A stretch of DNA of 13,396 nt from an uncultured archaeon (GTDB taxonomy: Archaea; Iainarchaeota; Iainarchaeia; Iainarchaeales; 0-14-0-20-30-16), in contig CAZQQS010000016.1 in NCBI GenBank assembly GCA_964595665.1, forward strand, positions 1-13,396, given 5' to 3'. Below are positions 1 through 6,890 of the stretch, one piece after another. How positions within the stretch are numbered: position 1 is the first letter of the stretch; each line of letters begins with the position of its first letter. The position numbers and the translations under genes were made by a program. The notes under the pieces are model-generated. The model was not told where the DNA came from. It did not search any database and was given only the letters and a program-made list of their open reading frames with translations.

Positions 1-1
1 A

Positions 2-577
2 AAACTTATTTTCAACATTGTAATTATTGCTTTAATAGCTATTTTGGCAATATTTACTTTAATTGTGTTTTTAGATAAAGATTATAAATATAGATTAGAT
101 TACGACAAAGTATTATTCTATTCAGATAATAATGTTTTTGATGACTTGTCTATACTTAAAGATGCAAATTTAGTTTTAATTGCTTTTGACAATACTCAAA
201 CAGCACATATTGCTAGTTTAATTCAATATATTCAAGTATTTACAATTTATAACAAACAAACTAATTTTTATATTATGTCAGAAAATGAATGTATTTTTTC
301 AGACACAAATACAAGAGCATATAACATAGTAAAAAAGGAAGAATGTGAATCTTTTTTAAATAATATAAATTATACAAAAATAATTCTTGGAAACATAAAT
401 ACAAAATTAACCAAAACTACAATTTATATTGAAAATAATACTTATAAAATAGTTTCAAATTCAAAAGAAAGTTTTAACGAATATTCTAAATTCTTAGAAA
501 TCTTATATCCTGATTATGCAGAAAGATTATTTGGTTTAGAAGAATTTACTTCAGATATTACTAAAAAAATTAGTTAG
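2..577 (+). CDS. Hypothetical membrane-anchored protein; 5' end probably lies outside the window
   Basis: The frame is open from nt 2 to TAG at 575-577. The track start at 44 is a TTG inside a hydrophobic helix (KLIFNIVIIALIAILAIFTLIVFL), so the real start is probably upstream of the window. I recognise no family motif in the soluble part. It is convergent with the last pilin-like gene and overlaps it by 8 nt. Confidence 0.5.
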   Translation, partial: KLIFNIVIIALIAILAIFTLIVFLDKDYKYRLDYDKVLFYSDNNVFDDLSILKDANLVLIAFDNTQTAHIASLIQYIQVFTIYNKQTNFYIMSENECIFSDTNTRAYNIVKKEECESFLNNINYTKIILGNINTKLTKTTIYIENNTYKIVSNSKESFNEYSKFLEILYPDYAERLFGLEEFTSDITKKIS

Positions 578-1241
578 ATAAAACATTTTGAACTTCTGTA
601 GTTAATACTTTACACTCTTCTAACATTTCTGTATTTAAATCGTGAGATAACCAACTACCTAAATAAATTGCACCATCTTCTTTTTTTGCCTCAGATGTAA
701 TAATATTATTAAACAATAAAAATTTTCCCTCAACAACAATTAAATCCAAAGAAACATTTTCCAAAAAAGAAATTAATTCGAAATCATTTGTACAATCATA
801 ATATTTTACTTCATCGTCAATTGTAATTTTTATTAATGTAAATAAATGCGTTAATATTTGCTCTTGATTTGCACTTGTCGTGTGATTTATGGATAAAAAA
901 TAATCTCTTTGATTATATGGTTTAAAAATATCTTCTAAAACTAAAAAAGCAGATATTTTTGTAAGTGTGTTTACATCGCCCCAACCATAATCTTCTTTTA
1001 TTAATGTTGAAATAGAATCTCTATAATTAGATTCATTAAAAGTATTTCCATCTCTCGAACCAGATGCACTAAAAAAAGATTTTAATGCAGAGTTATGATA
1101 ATTTTCTTTATACACTTGTTCGGCAGTAGATACAACATCATTACCATATGTTAAACCATAACTTACAATCAAAACAAATATTCCTGAAACTATTGTTAAG
1201 AATAATAATGCGTCTGTCGATGCAGCTTGTCCTTTCATCAT
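570..1241 (-). CDS. Class III signal peptide (archaeal type IV pilin-like) protein, 4th gene of the operon
   Basis: The N-terminus MMKG|QAASTDALLFLTIVSGIFVLIVSYGL has a short basic n-region and the KG|Q motif typical of archaeal prepilin peptidase substrates, followed by a ~20-aa hydrophobic helix. The ~190-aa ectodomain has 2 Cys. The start lies 1 nt after the upstream stop, with a GTGGT SD-like motif upstream. Confidence 0.7.
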   Translation of the reverse strand: MMKGQAASTDALLFLTIVSGIFVLIVSYGLTYGNDVVSTAEQVYKENYHNSALKSFFSASGSRDGNTFNESNYRDSISTLIKEDYGWGDVNTLTKISAFLVLEDIFKPYNQRDYFLSINHTTSANQEQILTHLFTLIKITIDDEVKYYDCTNDFELISFLENVSLDLIVVEGKFLLFNNIITSEAKKEDGAIYLGSWLSHDLNTEMLEECKVLTTEVQNVLSN

Positions 1242-1242
1242 A

Positions 1243-1815
1243 TTACCACGTCAAAACATATAAGTAAACTACTTTTGTACCATTAGGTGTGTATAAAGTT
1301 ACAGGAAAAATATATTGAAAATATTTTCTTGTTTTTACATATTCTATAAATTCAGAAAAATCACCATTATATTCTTTATTTAATTTATTTTCAACATTTC
1401 TACTAGCTCTAAAATAATATTCTTGATCTTCACAATCACAATTTCCTTCAGGAATACAAAAATCTTCTGAAAATATTATTTTATCATTACATTGCGAAAC
1501 AAATAACTCTTTATAATTTGTTAAACCCTCTAAATCAAATCCTTGCTCAGGAGACACCAATCCAAAAATATAATTTGATAAAATAACTAAATCTTTTGAT
1601 GTATTCATAAAATCTTCATAACTAGAAAAATTACTTTTTCCTAATGCTGATTTTGCAATAGTTAATGAATCTAAATAAGTATTCATTTGTGAATTTCTAT
1701 CATTAATAGTTGTGAAAACAAATGCCAACCCTGCAAAAAAAATCATTAATGCAAAGAATAAAGGAATTAAACTTGGCAAATCATCTCCAATTGAACCTAT
1801 AAAACCTTTTTTCAT
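1243..1815 (-). CDS. Class III signal peptide (pilin-like) protein, 3rd gene of the operon
   Basis: I prefer the ATG at 1815 (MKKG|FIGSIGDDLPSLIPLFFALMIFFAGLAFVF) over the track's TTG at 1845. It gives a KKG|F class III-like N-terminus and sits 2 nt after the upstream stop at 1818-1820. The mature part has 4 Cys, including a CDC cluster. Confidence 0.65.
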   Translation of the reverse strand: MKKGFIGSIGDDLPSLIPLFFALMIFFAGLAFVFTTINDRNSQMNTYLDSLTIAKSALGKSNFSSYEDFMNTSKDLVILSNYIFGLVSPEQGFDLEGLTNYKELFVSQCNDKIIFSEDFCIPEGNCDCEDQEYYFRASRNVENKLNKEYNGDFSEFIEYVKTRKYFQYIFPVTLYTPNGTKVVYLYVLTW

Positions 1816-1817
1816 TT

Positions 1818-2465
1818 TTATTCCCCAATAATTAATGGTACACAATAAAACTTTTCGCCTTGTGTACCAGATGTATTTAAACTTTTAGTTAAATCTGTTA
1901 ATTTTTCATAACAATCATTAAATCCAGATTCTCCAAAAAGAGGATCATAATCACAAGGTACAAAATAAATTTTTGTTTTTTGTTCATTATTTTTAGAATA
2001 TGAATTTTTAACCATATATAACACCCTTGTTTCTGTTGGATTAATATCTATTTCCTTAATTGTATTTGTGCTAGATTCATTATAAAAAACTAATTCTGCA
2101 TTTGTTTTAAAACTCTCAATAGCTATAGATTTCTTTGTACTTCTATTATAAACATCAAAAATAATAAATCTCGAATTATTAGATTCCTGAGTAGTAATTT
2201 TTATACCATAATAAATTGGCGTAAATGTTGCAGTATCACTAACTCCAAAAATATCAATATATTTTGGCAATAAAACTCTTTTAGATGCACATAAAGTATC
2301 TGATTCGGACATGTATTTTATTTGTTTGGCAATAATATTACTTATTTGTACTGTTTCATCTGCTAAAAAAACATCTTTTACACTTAATGAAAAAAATAAC
2401 AATATAGAGGCCATAGATATTGCAAAAATTAATATTCCTAATTTTGATAAAATAAAATCAATCAT
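1818..2465 (-). CDS. N-terminally anchored hypothetical protein (pilin-like accessory, non-canonical signal), 2nd gene of the operon
   Basis: The N-terminus MIDFILSKLGILIFAISMASILLFFSLSV is a single N-terminal helix with no adjacent K/R-G cleavage motif. Its ATG overlaps the upstream TGA (ATGA at 2462-2465), and an AGGTGA SD (complement of 2470-2475) lies inside the upstream gene. The protein has 4 Cys. Confidence 0.65.
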   Translation of the reverse strand: MIDFILSKLGILIFAISMASILLFFSLSVKDVFLADETVQISNIIAKQIKYMSESDTLCASKRVLLPKYIDIFGVSDTATFTPIYYGIKITTQESNNSRFIIFDVYNRSTKKSIAIESFKTNAELVFYNESSTNTIKEIDINPTETRVLYMVKNSYSKNNEQKTKIYFVPCDYDPLFGESGFNDCYEKLTDLTKSLNTSGTQGEKFYCVPLIIGE

Positions 2466-3016
2466 CTATTCACCTTATAAAAATATATTTTGGGAGTACC
2501 AGAAGCACTTCCAAAAGTATTGTTCTTTATAATATACATTCCATTTTTCAATTCTAAATCTGATTCTATAGTAGGCACAATAGAATATCCTTCTGGTGCT
2601 TCTGAAGATGTACCTATGTTTATCGATGGAGAAATATTCACACAATTAAATCTAGTTTGAGATGCTTTATCTTTATTATTTGTATATCTTAACAAATAAC
2701 AATTGGAACTCGAACCCGGACAATAAGATGAACACAATCTTGGATCTGAAACTTTCATTAATAAAATATTATAATCTGTGCCAAAACAATTTGGGGTTTG
2801 AACACTAAATTTTGTAGATATTAAAGGACTATTTGCCCCATCTTCAATATATCTCTTCAACTCTAATAAAGACAAATCTATTGTTTTAGAACATTTTGTA
2901 TTTGATAGGGAAGTCATTGCAAATGCTCCCGCAGTTAATACAAACCCTAAAAGTATAACTGATATTAACACTTCAAATACAGTATCGGATTGTCCTTTAT
3001 TATTAAATAATATCAT
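2462..3016 (-). CDS. Class III signal peptide (archaeal type IV pilin-like) protein, 1st gene of the operon
   Basis: The N-terminus MILFNNKG|QSDTVFEVLISVILLGFVLTAGAFAM has the KG|Q motif and an acidic residue a few positions into the mature N-terminus, followed by a hydrophobic helix. The ~150-aa ectodomain has 6 Cys. There is no SD, and a TATA-like box lies ~27 nt upstream, which suggests a leaderless transcript. Confidence 0.7.
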   Translation of the reverse strand: MILFNNKGQSDTVFEVLISVILLGFVLTAGAFAMTSLSNTKCSKTIDLSLLELKRYIEDGANSPLISTKFSVQTPNCFGTDYNILLMKVSDPRLCSSYCPGSSSNCYLLRYTNNKDKASQTRFNCVNISPSINIGTSSEAPEGYSIVPTIESDLELKNGMYIIKNNTFGSASGTPKIYFYKVNR

Positions 3017-3067
3017 AATATTAATAAAAAAAGAATAGAATATAAAGTTTTGCTTAGTTTATAAATT
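3017..3067. promoter_or_regulatory. Compact bidirectional promoter between the pilin-like operon and the HerA-like ATPase
   Basis: The spacer is 51 bp. A central A/T element at 3039-3047 reads AATATAAAG on the plus strand and CTTTATATT on the minus strand. It lies ~25-27 nt from both ATGs (3016 and 3068), the spacing expected for an archaeal TATA box driving leaderless mRNAs in both directions. A second palindromic TTTATAAA is at 3058-3065. Confidence 0.4.
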
Positions 3068-5581
3068 ATGTTTGATATTTTTGATACTATTATAGAAGAT
3101 ACTCCCAAAACCAAAAAAAAACAACCTAAAAAGGACTTGGAAGAAACAACTATTGAAAATTCTGAAAACCCTATAATAGAAGATGAACAAAATACAAATG
3201 ATAATTCTGAAGAAATAAATACTATTGAAGAACCAGAATCTGAAGATCAAGAAGAAGAAATAATTGCAAAAAAAGGCAAAAATGAAAATGTAGAATTAAC
3301 CTTTTTAGAAAATCCTGAAACTGGTCACGCAATAATCGGAAGACAAAAATCTGTTTTTAAAAAATATGGTGAAGAAGGCACATTATACTTAGGAAAAGTA
3401 AATGAACCAAATTATCCTGAAAAAGAAGTTTATTTTGATTCTTTAAATCCACAAGTAGTTTTTATTTGTGGATCAAGAGGTTCTGGTAAATCTTACATGT
3501 TAGGGGTATTAGCTGAAGAATTAGCTATTAAAAATAAAAATGTTGGACAAATTGTTGTAGATCCAATAGGTGTATTTTGGTCTATGCGATACCCAAATAA
3601 AGAAAAAAGAGAAATGGAATTATTAGATGAATTTGGTTTGAATCCTATGGGCTTAGAAAATATAATGGTATTTGTGCCTGAAGGTGCATCTGAAAAAATT
3701 CCAAAAGAAACTTTTGATTCTACTTTTACATTACAACCTTCATTTTTAAATTCTGAAGATTGGGCATTAACATTTAGTATTGATAGATTCTCACCTTCTG
3801 GTTTATTATTAGAAAAAGTAATTAAAAAAGTTAAAGATGGATATAGATCTTTGAAAGGTTTAATATTCAAAGCAAAAGATGAAAATTATGATTTAAACGA
3901 TATTATTTTTTGTTTAGAAAATGATGCTGAATTAAATTCAAAAGAAAAAGGATATAGAAAGGAATCTATTAGAGCGTTAGTTTCAAGATTTGAAGCTGCA
4001 AAAACTTGGGGCATATTTTCTAAACGAGGAACTCCTTTAATGGAATTATCTGTTCCTGGACAATTAACAATTATTGATACAAGCTTTTTAGAAGAAAATG
4101 TTTCTGCATTGTTAGTTGGAATATTAGCAAGAAGAATATTAAATGCAAGAAAAATGAATTCGAGAAAAGAGGCAACAAAACAAATGGGATCAAATACAAA
4201 AATTGATTTGGAAAATGATATCCCTCCTACATGGTTATTTTTAGATGAGGCACACACTTTAATACCTTCTGGTTCATTAGCTACCCCAGCATCAAAAGCA
4301 ATTGTAGAATATGTAAAACAAGGACGAAAACCTGGTTGTTCATTAGTTGTAGCAACACAACAACCTTCAGCTATTGATACACGAGTATTATCACAGGTAG
4401 GAACATTAGCAACATATAAATTAATTTTTGATGATGATATTAAAGCTGTATTTAGAAGAATGCCCTCAATAGTTCCAAAAACATATAAAGAACCAGATTT
4501 TATTAAAAAATTAGGAATAGGAATTCCAATATTTGCTGATAGAGTAGAAACAACTTCAAGAGCATTTGTTTTAAATGTAAGACCAAGAATGTCTCAACAC
4601 GAAGGTAGAGAAATACAAACATCAGAAACATCACATAATTTTACAGATGAAGAAGCATTAGATGTAATGGTTGATATTACAAAAAGTAAATTAAAACAAT
4701 TTGAAGAATTAGATGAACATTCATTAAAAACATTATTAAAAATTATGAATATGAAATTTAAAAAAGATGTAAAATATAAAGAATATATTGCAAAACTTTT
4801 AGAAAACGAAATAGTAGAAGATAAAGGAAAATTCTTTATCCCGAAAGATGAAGATGATAGTGAATATTTTGAAGAAAAAATTAGTTATAGTGTTTTAGAT
4901 TCACAATATACACATGAAGAAATGACTGGTTCAGCAAAGCGAGCTACAGGTTGGCAAAATTTTAATGTAAATCATGTTTATAGACCGATATTTAAAGTTA
5001 ATTATAGAGTACATAATAACGATGGTAGTTTTGCAGAAAATACATGTTATATTGATGCAGTAAAAGTAGAATTCATACATTATATTGATGATGATTTTGT
5101 ATACTCTGAAGGTTTAAGCATATTAAGAACTTTAGAAGCAGATGATATTAGAATATTATTAGCTTTGCCTAAAAAAAGAGGATTTGATAACGAATATTTA
5201 AAAGACGCTTTTCCATATGGAGATGTAAAATTAAAAAATAGTATGGATAGGTTTATTAGTATGGGTATTTTGAGAAAAGAAAAAAGAAGCACAAAAAATG
5301 TTTTCTTTTTAATTAAGAATTTAGAATTACCTAAAAATCCAATACATAAAATGCTTTCTACTTTTGAAGATCTAAATTTAAGTCAAGAACCAGTAGACAA
5401 AGACAATATTTTGGATGCTAGATCTACATTTGAAACTGTTAGAAACGTTTTAGGAACTCTTTGGGAAACTATAAAAATAGATGAAATTGAAACTGTTCTA
5501 AAACCAGAATATTTAATAACTAATTTAGATACTAAAGAAACTGTTTTATTTGATGCATTTACTGGAAAGAAAATTGTTTAA
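3068..5581 (+). CDS. HerA/FtsK/VirB4-class P-loop ATPase (DUF87/COG0433-like) with acidic N-terminal tail and long C-terminal extension
   Basis: Walker A is VVFICGSRGSGKS (about 3470-3493). Walker B is WLFLDEAH (about 4232-4255). An ATQQPS motif (4352-4369) resembles the TQRPS motif of HerA/FtsK ATPases, and the core ends in RPRMSQHEGRE, like the R-x-S/T-x-H-G-G ending of DUF87 proteins. The first ~70 aa are D/E/N-rich and low complexity. Residues ~530-837 have no motif I can name, apart from two winged-helix-like stretches. Confidence 0.85.
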   Translation: MFDIFDTIIEDTPKTKKKQPKKDLEETTIENSENPIIEDEQNTNDNSEEINTIEEPESEDQEEEIIAKKGKNENVELTFLENPETGHAIIGRQKSVFKKYGEEGTLYLGKVNEPNYPEKEVYFDSLNPQVVFICGSRGSGKSYMLGVLAEELAIKNKNVGQIVVDPIGVFWSMRYPNKEKREMELLDEFGLNPMGLENIMVFVPEGASEKIPKETFDSTFTLQPSFLNSEDWALTFSIDRFSPSGLLLEKVIKKVKDGYRSLKGLIFKAKDENYDLNDIIFCLENDAELNSKEKGYRKESIRALVSRFEAAKTWGIFSKRGTPLMELSVPGQLTIIDTSFLEENVSALLVGILARRILNARKMNSRKEATKQMGSNTKIDLENDIPPTWLFLDEAHTLIPSGSLATPASKAIVEYVKQGRKPGCSLVVATQQPSAIDTRVLSQVGTLATYKLIFDDDIKAVFRRMPSIVPKTYKEPDFIKKLGIGIPIFADRVETTSRAFVLNVRPRMSQHEGREIQTSETSHNFTDEEALDVMVDITKSKLKQFEELDEHSLKTLLKIMNMKFKKDVKYKEYIAKLLENEIVEDKGKFFIPKDEDDSEYFEEKISYSVLDSQYTHEEMTGSAKRATGWQNFNVNHVYRPIFKVNYRVHNNDGSFAENTCYIDAVKVEFIHYIDDDFVYSEGLSILRTLEADDIRILLALPKKRGFDNEYLKDAFPYGDVKLKNSMDRFISMGILRKEKRSTKNVFFLIKNLELPKNPIHKMLSTFEDLNLSQEPVDKDNILDARSTFETVRNVLGTLWETIKIDEIETVLKPEYLITNLDTKETVLFDAFTGKKIV

Positions 5582-5582
5582 A

Positions 5583-6797
5583 TTATTTTAAATCCAAATC
5601 TTTAGCATAATAATTCTTTCCAAAAACAGGATTTTTAGATAAGAACATTTTGTAAATCAATAATATAAATAACAAAATTCCCAAACCAAATAATATTGCT
5701 ATTGTAGATTCATCAGACATTGAAAAAAATCCAGTTATTGGCATTAAAGAAAAACTACTATCTTTATTTTTATCTACTATATCTGATTCATTTAATACAA
5801 ATTCACTAAATAATTTTTTATCCAAATAAACTTGAATATTTTTATCCAAATTATCAAAACTTAATAAATAATCTTGAGTTGGCCTTAATAATAAATTATA
5901 AGTTTTATTTTGTGTAACTATGTTTATTTGAGAGATATTATTACCTGTATTTATTAAATTTAAAGTTCTATTTTCTTTATTAAATATAACCATAATATCA
6001 TTTACACTTTTTGTAAAATTTGCCGTACCTAAAGAATATTCTTTATTAGTAGAAACTTCATTTGCAAAGAAATAAATTCTTGTAAAATCTATATCATAGT
6101 TTGCATCAAAAGTAATATTTACTAAAACATTTTTTTCAGAATCTTTTTGCACTACTATATATTTATTATCAAACTCAACATGAACTTTATTCTTATCTTT
6201 TGAATCTATAAAATAATCTAAATAATAATTTGCACTTGAACCTGTATTAGTTAATGTAAAGATAATTTGTTTTTTATCCTCATCTTTAATTAAAAAATTC
6301 TTTTGCGAAGTATTTTTAATTATTAAATTAGGTAATTCATTAGTATATTTATCAGTTTCAAATAATATGTTAGATTTTTCTACAACATTTACTTTAATAA
6401 TTGTTTCTTTTACACTTTTTATTCCTTCATAATTTAGAACATTTTTTAATTTAATATAATATTCTCCTAATGGAATATCATTAGAAACAAAAACTCTTAA
6501 AGGTAATCTAAAATCATAAAAACTTTTTTGATCTTTAGCATAATAAACAGTTATGCCTTCTGGAGATAAAACCTCAAATGAAAAATCTAATTCTTTAGAC
6601 GTATTAAATTTATAATCTATAAAAACACTATAATTAGAACCTTGTTGTAAAGTTAATAAATTAGTTTCAGGAACAACACTATAATTCATATTGTATTCAT
6701 ATGAATTAACAAAGGCCAATGTCAATAATATGGCTACAACTAAAATTAAACCTTTTAAAAAACCTTTTTGACTATTAAATGAAATATCTCTAATCAT
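5583..6797 (-). CDS. Secreted/surface protein: N-terminal signal peptide, beta-rich Ig-like repeats, C-terminal TM anchor
   Basis: The N-terminus MIRDISFNSQKGFLKGLILVVAILLTLAFVNS looks like a signal peptide. The alternative ATG at 6812 adds only MHILY. The long Cys-free body is N/K/Y/V-rich with alternating beta-strand-like patterning and about ten N-x-S/T sequons. The C-terminal helix IAILFGLGILLFILLIYKMFL is followed by a basic tail. The TTTATAAA at 6820-6827 lies ~26 nt upstream of the 6797 ATG. Confidence 0.7.
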   Translation of the reverse strand: MIRDISFNSQKGFLKGLILVVAILLTLAFVNSYEYNMNYSVVPETNLLTLQQGSNYSVFIDYKFNTSKELDFSFEVLSPEGITVYYAKDQKSFYDFRLPLRVFVSNDIPLGEYYIKLKNVLNYEGIKSVKETIIKVNVVEKSNILFETDKYTNELPNLIIKNTSQKNFLIKDEDKKQIIFTLTNTGSSANYYLDYFIDSKDKNKVHVEFDNKYIVVQKDSEKNVLVNITFDANYDIDFTRIYFFANEVSTNKEYSLGTANFTKSVNDIMVIFNKENRTLNLINTGNNISQINIVTQNKTYNLLLRPTQDYLLSFDNLDKNIQVYLDKKLFSEFVLNESDIVDKNKDSSFSLMPITGFFSMSDESTIAILFGLGILLFILLIYKMFLSKNPVFGKNYYAKDLDLK

Positions 6798-6890
6798 ATA
6801 TAATATATGCATACAAACCTTTATAAATCATTATTGTTTAACTCATATAGTTAAAGTGAAGGTTTTTATTATTTCCTTATATATATAATT
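6798..6890. promoter_or_regulatory. Divergent promoter region between the surface protein and the TM-wHTH ORF
   Basis: The palindromic TATA-like octamer TTTATAAA at 6820-6827 serves the minus gene. The T/A-rich TTTTTATTA at ~6863-6871 lies ~24 nt upstream of the ATG at 6891. No SD motif precedes either start. Confidence 0.35.

Noticed and set aside
1816-1845. Longer TTG start (1845) for the third pilin-like gene, giving MCTINYWGIK before MKKG
   Set aside because: That extension would overlap the upstream gene by 28 nt and bury the KKG|F class III-type N-terminus. The ATG at 1815, 2 nt after the upstream stop, fits the operon's tight coupling better.
2311-2532. 73-aa plus-strand ORF overlapping the junction of pilin-like genes 1 and 2
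   Set aside because: It lies entirely antisense to two longer, translationally coupled ORFs. Its sequence is low-complexity and I/K/N-rich, as expected from A/T-rich antisense frames, and it has no SD or TATA context.
3059-3250. 63-aa minus-strand ORF (F/I-rich) opposite the ATPase N-terminus
   Set aside because: It is antisense to the GAA/GAT-rich acidic tail of the ATPase, which automatically yields a TTC/ATC (F/I) frame. It is an artefact of composition.
3493-4257. Two minus-strand ORFs (125 aa and 123 aa) inside the ATPase gene
   Set aside because: They are antisense to the region carrying the Walker A, Walker B and TQQPS motifs of a clearly real gene, and they contain no motifs of their own.
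5080-5292. 70-aa minus-strand ORF inside the ATPase 3' region
   Set aside because: It is an antisense shadow ORF. It is short and low-complexity, with no start context.
3068-5581. Canonical DNA-repair HerA helicase
   Set aside because: No nurA, mre11 or rad50 is adjacent. The N-terminal region is an acidic tail rather than an obvious full HAS barrel, and the long C-terminal extension is atypical. It is therefore called only at superfamily level.
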